The position numbers and the translations under genes were made by a program. A stretch of DNA of 64,000 nt, taken from IMG/VR virus record IMGVR_UViG_3300009509_000016, one strand, 5' to 3'. Position 1 is the stretch's first letter. Each line of letters opens with the position of its first letter. This document shows, one piece after another, positions 37,318 through 46,671 of the stretch. The notes under the pieces were generated by a model, which saw only the letters and a program-made list of their open reading frames with translations, had not been told where the DNA came from and did not search any database. The stretch comes from a virus.

Positions 37318-38139
37318 TTACCACTTCTTACTTCTTAGTACTTCTAGATACTCCTTAAATGGAGAATCTTTTGTTTCTTCTTCCTCATTGAGAAGTTGTT
37401 TATCATCTTCTACTTCAGAGTGACCTTCTTCCATTTCTTCTTCTTCCTCTTCTTCTTCCTCTTCGTCACCCTCTTTCTTCTTTTTCTTTTTCTTCTTCAT
37501 TTCTTCGTCTTCTTCTTCTTCCTCTTCTTGCTCTTGAAGTCGAATAGACTCAACAATGAGGTCGAACTTTCTGTCTATCTCTTCAAGATCAGTGATGCCT
37601 TCCATTAGATCATGAACTCTGAGCTTTTGGGTTTCTGTGAGTCCATCACTTTTCTTTCTGAGATACATTTGAGCTTCAAGCTCTTGTTGTTTCATTTCAA
37701 GATCCAACTTGTCTGCCATAAGTTGATCAATCTCACCACGATGCTTAATGATCTCTTCTTTAGCTTCTCTCAAGAGATCCTTAATTTCTGCATCAAGGAG
37801 ACCTTCATCAATGGACAGTCTTAGCTTGAATTGCTCAATTAGGTCACTATAGAGTTCACCTTTACGTGCAAACTCCATAACCTTGTCAGGAATGACAAGC
37901 TCTTCTTCCAAGATGCTGTCAACAAAATTGGAGAACTTTGATGTGATGTCTTTCTTATATTCATCAAATCTTTCTTCCATTTCTGCAATCAACTGGTCTT
38001 TCTGTTCTGAAAGCTTTTCATCAACCTGTTCTGTTGCTCTAGCTTCAATAACAGTTTCAAGACCTTGTTTGATTTCATCTTGTTTACCTTCTTCAAGCTT
38101 GTCAACCCCTAGCATTTCAAGAATTTTCTTTAGATCCAT
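37318..38139 (-). CDS. gp22: Prohead scaffolding protein (gp22-like)
   Basis: Acidic coiled-coil protein with poly-Glu/Lys tract between protease and MCP genes. Confidence 0.7.
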   Translation of the reverse strand: MDLKKILEMLGVDKLEEGKQDEIKQGLETVIEARATEQVDEKLSEQKDQLIAEMEERFDEYKKDITSKFSNFVDSILEEELVIPDKVMEFARKGELYSDLIEQFKLRLSIDEGLLDAEIKDLLREAKEEIIKHRGEIDQLMADKLDLEMKQQELEAQMYLRKKSDGLTETQKLRVHDLMEGITDLEEIDRKFDLIVESIRLQEQEEEEEEDEEMKKKKKKKKEGDEEEEEEEEEEMEEGHSEVEDDKQLLNEEEETKDSPFKEYLEVLRSKKW

Positions 38140-38214
38140 AATAATCTATATCCTCCTTTATAATGTGTTTGTTGACAAACTTATGCTCCTGTCATATAGT
38201 ATTTATCCTATATA

Positions 38215-38254
38215 GATTTTAAAAAACAAAACCCCAGATTTGTTGTCTGGGGTT
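38215..38254 (-). terminator. Rho-independent terminator after prohead protease gene
   Basis: Stem aaccccaga(38230-38238)/tctggggtt(38246-38254); minus-strand T-run from 38215-38229. Confidence 0.7.
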
Positions 38255-38286
38255 CAAAATGTAATGTCTCTGTTTTTGGAATTTAA

Positions 38287-39039
38287 TTATGCTGGTTCTG
38301 TATCATAGCTTCCACACTTAGGGCATTTAACTTCAAATGTTTTGGCACCTATCTTTTTCTGGAACCTCTTTCCACATTCCATGCATTGCATTGGTGTTTT
38401 TTGTTCATTTAATTGATCAAGCCATTTACCGAAATATTCTTGTCTTCGTAGCATATCTTCTTGGATCTTATCTATTTCTTCCTCTTCCATATCTTCAGTT
38501 TTTCTATCAGGACAGAAACAATGATCAGGATATTGCCATGTCTGTGCTTCATATATACCGTTAACCCATGATGGATTATTTGAAGGATCTGTTACTAAAT
38601 CCCATGTGATTAGTTTATAATCTTCATTAACATATCCATCTTCAGCAACAGTTCCTAGACCCCTGCTGGAAATACCAAGGTTACCGTTCCTAACAAGAGT
38701 TTTTGCAATATTGCCTAAAGGTGTATCAAGGATTTTAGAACGTCCATAGAGATCATTGCCTTTCCATTCTAGAGATTCGGTTAGAATAGCTATCCTTTCT
38801 GGATTTATCTCAGGGGAAGGTGGGTGACCTAATTCTCCCCAACAAGATCCTCTTGAAACCTTCTCCATTATTTTATCAACTTCTCTTTCCAGTAAATCCT
38901 TTTTGTATTTTCTGCTGTTATTATTTTCAATCTCTGCACTACTGAAAATACCAACAACAAACATGTCTTTAGATCTATTGCCTTCTTGCACAGCAATATC
39001 ATGACTCATTTCTGTAATAAGCTTGAATTGTTTGTTCAT
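38287..39039 (-). CDS. gp21: Prohead core protease (T4 gp21-like) with C-terminal zinc ribbon
   Basis: CWGELGHPPSPEINPERIAILTESLEWKGNDLYGRSKILD...GISSRGLGTV aligns with T4 gp21 ALGELNHPPRANVDPMQAAIIIEDMWWKGNDVYGRARVIE...GVSSRGLGSL. Confidence 0.85.
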   Translation of the reverse strand: MNKQFKLITEMSHDIAVQEGNRSKDMFVVGIFSSAEIENNNSRKYKKDLLEREVDKIMEKVSRGSCWGELGHPPSPEINPERIAILTESLEWKGNDLYGRSKILDTPLGNIAKTLVRNGNLGISSRGLGTVAEDGYVNEDYKLITWDLVTDPSNNPSWVNGIYEAQTWQYPDHCFCPDRKTEDMEEEEIDKIQEDMLRRQEYFGKWLDQLNEQKTPMQCMECGKRFQKKIGAKTFEVKCPKCGSYDTEPA

Positions 39040-39041
39040 TT

Positions 39042-39356
39042 TTATTCCTCTTCCTGTTGTTTTTTCTTCAAAGCCTTGGCAACTCTTTTTCTCATTGCCT
39101 TTTTAGTTTCATCATCTTCATCATCAGCACTCTCTAAATCACCTTCAGGCTCTTCCTCTTCTTTATCACCTTCAGGCTCTTCTTGAGGATTTAAATCTTT
39201 TTGAAGACTGAGTTTATCTTTAAGAAATTCATCCCTTCTTTTCTTAACCACATCGGCTAGTTTGTCTTTTGCATCAGAAAACTTATCATTTTCGAAATCA
39301 TCTAATGCAGCTTTTACTTTTTCATCATCTATAGGCATAACTATTACCTCCCACAA
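39042..39356 (-). CDS. Small acidic protein (prohead core protein-like, gp68 position)
   Basis: 104 aa, E/D/K-rich, between gp67-position gene and protease. Confidence 0.5.
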   Translation of the reverse strand: MWEVIVMPIDDEKVKAALDDFENDKFSDAKDKLADVVKKRRDEFLKDKLSLQKDLNPQEEPEGDKEEEEPEGDLESADDEDDETKKAMRKRVAKALKKKQQEEE

Positions 39357-39399
39357 AAATTTTAGTATTCACAAAGTATTTATAATTTTATTTCATTTT

Positions 39400-40104
39400 T
39401 TAGAGATTTCTCTTATTTCCTATTGCATCACCATAAGCAGTTGCCATAGGTAATAACTTGGCAATGGGCAATTTTATCTTTAATGCATTAACCTTACAAC
39501 CAGTGCAAGCTATTAACCCACTTAGAAATCTATGGTGACCGTCAATAATAAAGTTATCTTCACTAATAACAAAGAATGATTTTTCGGTAATAAACTCATT
39601 AGATGCTTTAACACCGAATTGTGCAATTGCTCCCATTGACTTGTCGTAGTAAACTTGTCTTTGAATTGGTTTTAGTTTACTTATAGGAACCTGTGTAATT
39701 CTAACATCTATTACATCATCTTTTAAAGATCCATCTCTTAATCCTAATTCTAACCATTTTTTAGCAGCAAGTCCAGATAGTCCGGTAGGAAATGGATTAT
39801 GTTTTACTAAAGGATCTTTTGCCAGTGGCTTATTGATGTCAATTGTTCCTTTCTCTAGCCTAGCTTTAAACTTGTCAACATCTTTATCATCAATAACAGG
39901 CATGTCCTTTCTTTGGGTTTTACCAATTTTAAAAATGCTTTGTGCCTTTTTAAAATTTGTATCAAAGTCAGGAATTTCCTTATCAAGATCTAATCCTTTT
40001 TTCTCAGCAAACTTTCTTGCTTCTTCAAGACTGATCTTATCTACTTCCATTTTTCCTGCTGCTTGTCCACCTGCTTGCTCTGTTAGAAATTTTTTAAATC
40101 TCAT
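39400..40104 (-). CDS. ParB-like nuclease domain protein with CTS-like N-terminus, at T4 gp67 position
   Basis: MRFKKFLTEQ N-terminus; ISKLKPIQRQ and FIIDGHHRF ParB/sulfiredoxin motifs; ATGA overlap with portal stop. Confidence 0.65.
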   Translation of the reverse strand: MRFKKFLTEQAGGQAAGKMEVDKISLEEARKFAEKKGLDLDKEIPDFDTNFKKAQSIFKIGKTQRKDMPVIDDKDVDKFKARLEKGTIDINKPLAKDPLVKHNPFPTGLSGLAAKKWLELGLRDGSLKDDVIDVRITQVPISKLKPIQRQVYYDKSMGAIAQFGVKASNEFITEKSFFVISEDNFIIDGHHRFLSGLIACTGCKVNALKIKLPIAKLLPMATAYGDAIGNKRNL

Positions 40105-41708
40105 TAGAATCTTCCTCCGAATCCCCCTCCACCTTCACCTTCTTCTGGTGGTTTTTCTCTGAAACCATATTCCATATCTTTCTGGATACCTTCAGCATTC
40201 TCTTTAATCTCTGTTTCATCCCACTTGAGATATTTCTTCATGAGATAGTATTTTGACATTTCCTCATTATTAGCAAGAGCATTGTAATTATCGAATCTCT
40301 GTGCCAAGAACTGTTGTGCCATTTGTTCCCTGTAATGAGATGGTGAAGACATTGTAATCGAAACCTTATTCTTGGTTATACCATATTCTTTTTTCATCCC
40401 TTTAAATTCAAGATGTAGTAAGAATAGATCACGAAACTCTTTACAGAACTGCATTTGTTGCTTCTCCAGAAACTTGGACCACTTTATTTCATCTCTAGAG
40501 ATTTCTCCAACTGATGTTCCACCAAATAGAATTTGGCTTTCTTGCTTTTCTTGTTGTGCTGTTACTCTGCTCATAGGATATTTGAGAGCACGATATAGCT
40601 TTCTTGCAAAGTAATATATATCATCAAGTTCTGCAAAGCCAGCAGGATTACCACCAACTGTCTCAACACTTGATCCTCTTCCATCTGCTGATTGAGGTAA
40701 CCAGAAGTTTTCCAGGATTGCCATTACGTTTGGCTCTTGAGTTAATCTACCTGTCTCTGGATTATAGGTTTGCTTTTTATAGAATTTTGTTTTGATCTTT
40801 TCGACAAACTTTAGAGCTTTGTCTTTTGGCATGTTACCTGTATCAATTTTGAAAACGAACCTCTCAGGTGCTCTAATGATACGGTATATAACAAGGGATG
40901 TCTCTAGTAGATTTAATTGATTGTAGGGGATTCTAGCATTGTCTAGATACCCTATTATATCCTTTCTGTTAATACCATAGATACCTGTTGTTACCATGCC
41001 TATCTGTTCAGGTTCAAATACAATGACTTTATCATCTTTATCTGCTTCTGCTCGACTTATAGGCATCTTTGACCTAGTGGAAAGATATTGGTAGTAGCAA
41101 AGTGTTCTTCCTGTTTTCTTGTCATAGTCATAGTCCATGGTAAGAGTAGGAAGTTTTTTAATACCAACAATACCATCACTAGGCTTTTCTTTATTGATGA
41201 GCCTTTCATAGTAAACTCTTCCATCAATGAAATAGGTTCTGAATAGTTCTTGGATAATATCTGCTATATCAATTCTATCATAGAAGAGACTTTCAAATTC
41301 CTTATTCAAATTATCTACAATGTTTTTGTTAGTTGATAGTTTCTTGTCATTAATTACCAAGTCTAACATTCTGCCTTCTTCATTGTCCTGTGTTGCTTCA
41401 TTCATTGCATCTTCAAGAACATCTGCAACTTCAGGCATTTTTGACATTCTTCTATATTCTTCGACTTTAGCAACTTCATTGGCAAAAGCTTTATTAATGT
41501 ATTTGTTATAAAAAAGGTTGAAAGATCCTAAAGAGGTTGATCCAAAAGCATCGGCAAGAGCTATATCTTCTATACCTTCACCCTGTCTTAGATTCCAGAG
41601 TGCATCTGAAACGGCAGAGTCTCCCTTTTTTGCAAAAGAAGATATTGCTTCAATGATTTGAGTTTCTGATAATGTTGGTGGTGATAAAAACCTGTCAAGT
41701 ATTCCCAT
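40104..41708 (-). CDS. gp20: Portal protein (T4 gp20-like)
   Basis: DIIGYLDNARIPYNQLNLLETSLVIYRIIRAPERFVFKIDTGNMP aligns with T4 gp20 [45 protein letters not shown]. Confidence 0.9.
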   Translation of the reverse strand: MGILDRFLSPPTLSETQIIEAISSFAKKGDSAVSDALWNLRQGEGIEDIALADAFGSTSLGSFNLFYNKYINKAFANEVAKVEEYRRMSKMPEVADVLEDAMNEATQDNEEGRMLDLVINDKKLSTNKNIVDNLNKEFESLFYDRIDIADIIQELFRTYFIDGRVYYERLINKEKPSDGIVGIKKLPTLTMDYDYDKKTGRTLCYYQYLSTRSKMPISRAEADKDDKVIVFEPEQIGMVTTGIYGINRKDIIGYLDNARIPYNQLNLLETSLVIYRIIRAPERFVFKIDTGNMPKDKALKFVEKIKTKFYKKQTYNPETGRLTQEPNVMAILENFWLPQSADGRGSSVETVGGNPAGFAELDDIYYFARKLYRALKYPMSRVTAQQEKQESQILFGGTSVGEISRDEIKWSKFLEKQQMQFCKEFRDLFLLHLEFKGMKKEYGITKNKVSITMSSPSHYREQMAQQFLAQRFDNYNALANNEEMSKYYLMKKYLKWDETEIKENAEGIQKDMEYGFREKPPEEGEGGGGFGGRF

Positions 41709-41709
41709 G

Positions 41710-41859
41710 TTATTCCTTTACCTCATTTTGTGCCATGGCATTACTGATATCAACCATTAGCCCTTTCATATTAAATACTGTAAGCTTGTTGCCAAATTCC
41801 TGTTTGAAAAAATCGTCTAAGATTCTTTGAATGTCTTCAGCCAATTTGTCTTTATACAT
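41710..41859 (-). CDS. Small protein (49 aa) translationally coupled to portal
   Basis: MYKDKLAEDIQRILDDFFKQEFGNKLTVFNMKGLMVDISNAMAQNEVKE; GGAGGG RBS; TAAcATG junction with portal. Confidence 0.5.
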   Translation of the reverse strand: MYKDKLAEDIQRILDDFFKQEFGNKLTVFNMKGLMVDISNAMAQNEVKE

Positions 41860-41860
41860 G

Positions 41861-42232
41861 TTATCCCTCCAATAACAACTTTTCTTTTTCCTCTAGTTGT
41901 TTTTGTTTTTCTTCATCTAGAGTGGGTTTGATTATTTTAACGGCAGTTCTTGCAACATCTACCGGATTATGCATTCCAAGTTCTGCTAATATTTTAAGAG
42001 CTATTACATTCTTTGTTTGACCTACTTCACTTTGAATCATAAATGCCCTATCATGCATAGCTTCTGCATTATCTGCAATTACGTTAATAGCACAGTCAAC
42101 AAAGGGGTAGTTTTCATTTCTAAGTTCATTGAATCTAACACCTTCTCTGAAAAAGACACATTCTCTTTCACATGGCTTAAAATTTTTGAAGGGGCATTTG
42201 CCCAACAATTTATCTTTCTTTCTATTTAACAT
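41861..42232 (-). CDS. Hypothetical protein (123 aa)
   Basis: Coupled ORF. Confidence 0.5.
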   Translation of the reverse strand: MLNRKKDKLLGKCPFKNFKPCERECVFFREGVRFNELRNENYPFVDCAINVIADNAEAMHDRAFMIQSEVGQTKNVIALKILAELGMHNPVDVARTAVKIIKPTLDEEKQKQLEEKEKLLLEG

Positions 42233-42241
42233 ATTATCTCC

Positions 42242-42874
42242 TTACTTTACTTTTATTCCATTCTTCTTTGCATTATCTATTGATTCTTGTGTCATTGCAA
42301 CAGGAATATTTGTAGCACCTAAAAATCTAAGAAGAGTAAACCTATGATAACCATCTTTGAAACTTACGAACCCTTCTTTTGTGACTTCTATTGCAGGACA
42401 CTTTATACCACCAAAGTTTTCTTGTCTTTCCTTTTTATCCAGTAGTAAAAAGTGAACTAGTCTAGCATATTTTCCTCTTATTTTTTTGCTTTTAGCTATT
42501 GCTGGTACTTTTCCTTCAAATTTACCAAAATCATTTTTATAATCATTTTCTCTGACATGACCATGCTCACCATGATTTGCAAAAACAGAGTCTATCCAAA
42601 CTTTCTTTTCATCTATAAATCTTCCAGGCAAAACCATCTGATCTAAGATTTCTTGAACATTTATTCTTGCAATATCATCTGCTGTTATCTTAGGAAATCC
42701 AGTTGATGCAAGTTTTTTCATATATTGTGTATGTGCTCCCTTAAGTCTCATGTTACCACAATTAGAGCACACATCTGCAAGAACTTCTGAACCATCTCTG
42801 GGAGGTCCGAAATTACCTACTTCTATTCTAATTGTATAATTTTCACTTTCCTTTTTACAAACAAGACATTTCAT
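42242..42874 (-). CDS. ParB-like nuclease domain protein with N-terminal zinc ribbon
   Basis: CLVCKK...CSNCGN; DGYHRFTLLRFLG ParB-like motif. Confidence 0.55.
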   Translation of the reverse strand: MKCLVCKKESENYTIRIEVGNFGPPRDGSEVLADVCSNCGNMRLKGAHTQYMKKLASTGFPKITADDIARINVQEILDQMVLPGRFIDEKKVWIDSVFANHGEHGHVRENDYKNDFGKFEGKVPAIAKSKKIRGKYARLVHFLLLDKKERQENFGGIKCPAIEVTKEGFVSFKDGYHRFTLLRFLGATNIPVAMTQESIDNAKKNGIKVK

Positions 42875-42884
42875 TTTTTACTCC

Positions 42885-43745
42885 TTAAATTCTGGTCTGT
42901 AATGTGAAGTTCTGGCCTTTTGGTCTCCATGAACTACCACCACCTGCTGAATAAGTATTACCATGGTTGTGGGGATTACCACCACCAGTGGGTGTACTTA
43001 CTTCACGAAAACCTGGACCTGCTTCATTATCACCAGAACCACCAGAACAGTTATCATTACTAATACCGTGGGTATGTGAGGGCATTTCAGAAATAGTCAA
43101 AGTATGATTTCTAGTGGCATGAATGTGTGTTGGTTGTGACCAAGTACTTCCTGGCTTTGCTGCCCCACCTGCTTGACCACCAGCAGCAGTTCCCTTTGTT
43201 ATATAGACAACATCATCATCAACTGTTGTTACTATTGAATACCCAAGAACAGCAGTATTTTTGTAGAAAAGAATTGATTCTCCTGTTGGTACAGATGCAA
43301 TTCCTGCTGTTCCACCACTTCCCCATGTTACATCACCAAGGGCATTTATTGCTGTTAAGATTTTTCCAGCAGCAGGTCCACCACTTTGAACTTTTAGGCT
43401 ATTGGTTGTAGTTAGAAAGGCTACATAAGCATTTCTCATTACTACCAAATCCCTACCCAAAGTTGCATCTCTACAATCGAAATCTTGACCTACTGATAAA
43501 TCTACACCAACTGTTACACTTCCATCTACTTGTAGGTTTTGAATGAAATGAGCTAATGGACCCTGTACCTCAAGATTATTGAATACAGATAAATTTCGTC
43601 TAACATCAATATCTCTTGCTTCGATGTCATTTTGGAAATTTACATAACCTGTACCATCTGTAATAGTAGCAGCAAGAGTACCATCCTGTGCTCTTATATT
43701 GTCTGTGTTTAGTGGACCTCTCATAGTCCATCCATGACTTTCCAT
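42885..43745 (-). CDS. Tail-fiber-like protein with HxH metal-binding motifs
   Basis: Gly-rich; THIHATRNHT, SHTHGISN, NPHNHGNTY HxH repeats as in T4 gp37/gp12 fiber tips. Confidence 0.55.
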   Translation of the reverse strand: MESHGWTMRGPLNTDNIRAQDGTLAATITDGTGYVNFQNDIEARDIDVRRNLSVFNNLEVQGPLAHFIQNLQVDGSVTVGVDLSVGQDFDCRDATLGRDLVVMRNAYVAFLTTTNSLKVQSGGPAAGKILTAINALGDVTWGSGGTAGIASVPTGESILFYKNTAVLGYSIVTTVDDDVVYITKGTAAGGQAGGAAKPGSTWSQPTHIHATRNHTLTISEMPSHTHGISNDNCSGGSGDNEAGPGFREVSTPTGGGNPHNHGNTYSAGGGSSWRPKGQNFTLQTRI

Positions 43746-43748
43746 AAA

Positions 43749-44099
43749 TTACTCCACTGATATTAGATTTCTTATATAAAATTTGAACGTACCTGTAGCA
43801 AAGTTATCAGAACCAAAGGAAGCTGATACTGTTACAGATCTTAATTCAGCCTTGTTTCTATTATTATACAACATATTATCATGAGATGTTAAGTTAATTC
43901 TTATCTCAGAACCAGTAATTGGGTCAGTAAACATAGTCCAATTCTTAATAACTACGTCTTCAGTTAAATCATCTATCCTCCAATTAACACCACATACAGG
44001 TGTTGTGAAGGTAGAATTTCTTTTAAATCTGCATTTTAATATTGCAGCAGACCCTTCGTTAACACTATCTGTTGATGTTGACCCGACTAATACTCCCAT
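43749..44099 (-). CDS. Hypothetical protein (116 aa)
   Basis: AGGAGAAC RBS. Confidence 0.5.
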   Translation of the reverse strand: MGVLVGSTSTDSVNEGSAAILKCRFKRNSTFTTPVCGVNWRIDDLTEDVVIKNWTMFTDPITGSEIRINLTSHDNMLYNNRNKAELRSVTVSASFGSDNFATGTFKFYIRNLISVE

Positions 44100-44107
44100 A
44101 GTTCTCC

Positions 44108-44215
44108 TTACGAAACAAACTCAAACTCTACTTCGTTCTCTGTTAAGGAATATTCCATATCGTTTGTTTCTATTTCAAATTGGACTTCGTTCTCTACTAA
44201 ATCAAATTCAATCAT
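44108..44215 (-). CDS. Possible 35-aa acidic peptide with internal repeat
   Basis: MIEFDLVENEVQFEIETNDMEYSLTENEVEFEFVS; ATGA overlap with upstream gene stop, RBS of next gene follows its stop. Confidence 0.35.
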   Translation of the reverse strand: MIEFDLVENEVQFEIETNDMEYSLTENEVEFEFVS

Positions 44216-45030
44216 TTCAATGCACTCAGAGGAACTTCAACAGTACCCACTAAAGCATCTATAGCATTAACTGCTAATTGTGCTTTTTGGTTATCTGGTC
44301 CCGAAAATCTAATAATTTCTAATTTTCCTTTTCCACGTTTGAGCATAGAACTAATAAGCTTAAGATATGGTGGAGATGAATCATATTTCTTAACAGCATT
44401 CATATCAACACCTACACTATCTCCCCTTTGAAATCCTCTTTCATTTAATGCCTTGGAGATCCTGCTTTCTTGGGTAGCTTGCTGTTCTTCTTCTTTCTCA
44501 CCACCAAGCTTCTTTGCAAGCTTAGATTTCTCTTTCTTTTCCTTCTCTTTCTGCTTCTTTAACTCTTCTTTTTCTTTTTCCTCTTCTCCACTTTTCTTAT
44601 TAGATGTTCCACTAGCAAGAGTTTTAATATCATACTTTGGTTCTTCTTTTAGCAGTTTGAGAGTTGCTTTAACTTTCGGTGCTTCTTCCTCTTCTTCCAA
44701 TCTTTGACCACCACTTCTCATTACTGCTTCTACCTTTATAGGATGCTCAAGGAAAGCTGTTCCTCCCCATGGTTGCATGAAGGTATCAGCACCTACCATT
44801 TCTAGTTTGAGTGTGGCTTGATATTTATCAGGAATATCACCTTTTATTACCTCATCAAGTGCAGGTATTTCTACTCTTACAACATTTCCATCCTCAACTA
44901 TTGCTGGAAAGCTGTAGATAACATTTTCATAAAATAAACTTAAACGTCCTGATAATGCATTGGGATCAACACCTTTGACATTTACATCAAACTCGACAAT
45001 CTTTCTTTTTGTTACATTAATTTTTATCAT
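44212..45030 (-). CDS. Hypothetical virion protein with K/E-rich low-complexity segment
   Basis: 272 aa. Confidence 0.55.
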   Translation of the reverse strand: MIKINVTKRKIVEFDVNVKGVDPNALSGRLSLFYENVIYSFPAIVEDGNVVRVEIPALDEVIKGDIPDKYQATLKLEMVGADTFMQPWGGTAFLEHPIKVEAVMRSGGQRLEEEEEAPKVKATLKLLKEEPKYDIKTLASGTSNKKSGEEEKEKEELKKQKEKEKKEKSKLAKKLGGEKEEEQQATQESRISKALNERGFQRGDSVGVDMNAVKKYDSSPPYLKLISSMLKRGKGKLEIIRFSGPDNQKAQLAVNAIDALVGTVEVPLSALK

Positions 45031-45032
45031 AA

Positions 45033-45245
45033 TTAATCCCCATTACCATTCTGAGTTCTAATAGCAAGTACTCTCATATATTTATCAGATTTCTCTTCAT
45101 CTACTCTAATTCTTTCAACAGTTACACTTGGTTTTCTTTTTGGGGGCATGTGGATTCCACCAACACCACCACCTATAAAGGGAGCAGGAGCAGGTTTACA
45201 ATCTACCCATCTATACATTCCCAATGTTGCAATTCCGACTGACAT
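45033..45245 (-). CDS. Hypothetical protein (70 aa)
   Basis: Coupled ORF. Confidence 0.45.
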   Translation of the reverse strand: MSVGIATLGMYRWVDCKPAPAPFIGGGVGGIHMPPKRKPSVTVERIRVDEEKSDKYMRVLAIRTQNGNGD

Positions 45246-45247
45246 AT

Positions 45248-45517
45248 TTACTCCTTAACCTTATGCCTATAAACTTCTATTTTATTCATGGCAGATTTAG
45301 CTACTATATTAATTTTGTTTAGTTCATCTTCTAGTTGTTTCAATTCTCTTCCTGCAACAGCTTTTGTAATTTTTCTTAAAGACTTTACATCGTTTGCTGC
45401 TGAAGAAATTTTATCAGTGACTTTGTTTAGAGAACTCCAAGCACCTCTAAGCTCTTGTGTTGTCTGTTCCTGTAATAAGTACTCTTTTAATTTTGTCATA
45501 CTTTCACCTGCTTCCAA
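45248..45517 (-). CDS. Small coiled-coil protein (89 aa)
   Basis: Coupled ORF. Confidence 0.45.
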   Translation of the reverse strand: MEAGESMTKLKEYLLQEQTTQELRGAWSSLNKVTDKISSAANDVKSLRKITKAVAGRELKQLEDELNKINIVAKSAMNKIEVYRHKVKE

Positions 45518-46017
45518 GTTGTAAACTTGCCAGGACCGGAACTATTAACAGTAATGTCATATTCTCCGATCACTCCATTATTAGTCCCTACATTTGCTGC
45601 TGTATCATAGATTCTTATTCTTGCTGCAATTAGATTACAGTCAGCATCGAATGTAGTCTGATCTATATAAATGTTCTCATGAACAAGACCAAGTATTCTC
45701 TTATGCTCATCAGACAGGGTATCAAAGTCATTTGCCCATATTCTAGTTATCCCTGTCTTTCCCCATGGGAAATAAGTTTTGTGATATACTGCCAGGAACC
45801 AGTCACCGGAAACATTGGGAGTGAAAGTAGCTTCATAATGACCACTGCCCAATTCAGTATATGTAACAATTATAGTTGAGCTAACTTCATTTCCATTAGG
45901 ATCAAAAAGATCTTCATTAAATTCACTAGCACTTAATCCAGGCACAAGATTATTGTTCAGGTCTGTAACGGAAAACCCTCTTACAACTGGTTGACCTACT
46001 CTTCCAATTCTTGCCAC
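45496..46017 (-). CDS. Hypothetical beta-rich structural protein (173 aa)
   Basis: Coupled ORF. Confidence 0.55.
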   Translation of the reverse strand: MARIGRVGQPVVRGFSVTDLNNNLVPGLSASEFNEDLFDPNGNEVSSTIIVTYTELGSGHYEATFTPNVSGDWFLAVYHKTYFPWGKTGITRIWANDFDTLSDEHKRILGLVHENIYIDQTTFDADCNLIAARIRIYDTAANVGTNNGVIGEYDITVNSSGPGKFTTWKQVKV

Positions 46018-46029
46018 AGAATACCTCCA

Positions 46030-46671
46030 TTATCTAAAATCCCTTTTCTCCAGTACTGTTAGTTTGGCATATCTAATTGCAGCAGAGGTAGAACCCCTCA
46101 AACGTGCTGCAACAGTGTAAATATTATTTCCCTGTCTTAGATTCACATTTGTATCAATGCTACCTAATACCCATGTATTAGCTGTGTTGGGAGCACTGAA
46201 TGGTGGTGATATTAGTGTTTGAATATCACCAGAACCATTAAGATCTTCAGCAATTAAAAATTGTACTTCAGTTCCTTGTGTTCTAATTGCACCTTCTAAT
46301 CTTATCACCACTAATGGCAGTCTCTTTACAGGTACAATTGTTGTGGGGTTTACTACAACACCACCAAGTTCTTGCCAATTGGTAGTTTCTGTAATTGTAA
46401 TTAACTCATCAATAACTTTATTGCTTCCATAAACAATCTCTACACTATATGGAGCACCTGTATGTGAAGCAATGACACCATCTAAGGCAGTTTTTTGTGG
46501 ACCTGATAAAGTTATAGGAGTTACTATATAACAAGCATCATTTGCTTCATCTACATGAATATGTTCTAAAAGACCTTCACCACCAAGAGCAATTATTTCA
46601 CTTCTCAATCTTCTAATACTTACTACTTGATTCGGAAAATCGTTACTTATAGAATATGTATAAACTGCCAT
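46030..46671 (-). CDS. Fiber/decoration-like paralog (MA.YTYS family, member 4)
   Basis: N-terminus MAVYTYSISNDFPNQ shared with 46672 and 47271 genes. Confidence 0.6.
   Translation of the reverse strand: MAVYTYSISNDFPNQVVSIRRLRSEIIALGGEGLLEHIHVDEANDACYIVTPITLSGPQKTALDGVIASHTGAPYSVEIVYGSNKVIDELITITETTNWQELGGVVVNPTTIVPVKRLPLVVIRLEGAIRTQGTEVQFLIAEDLNGSGDIQTLISPPFSAPNTANTWVLGSIDTNVNLRQGNNIYTVAARLRGSTSAAIRYAKLTVLEKRDFR

Noticed and set aside
37430-37530. GAA/GAG/AAG simple-sequence tract
   Set aside because: This is the coding poly-Glu/poly-Lys low-complexity segment of the scaffold protein (EEEEEEDEEMKKKKKKKKEGDEEEEEEEEEE). It is not a mobile element or regulatory repeat, though it may be slippage-prone.
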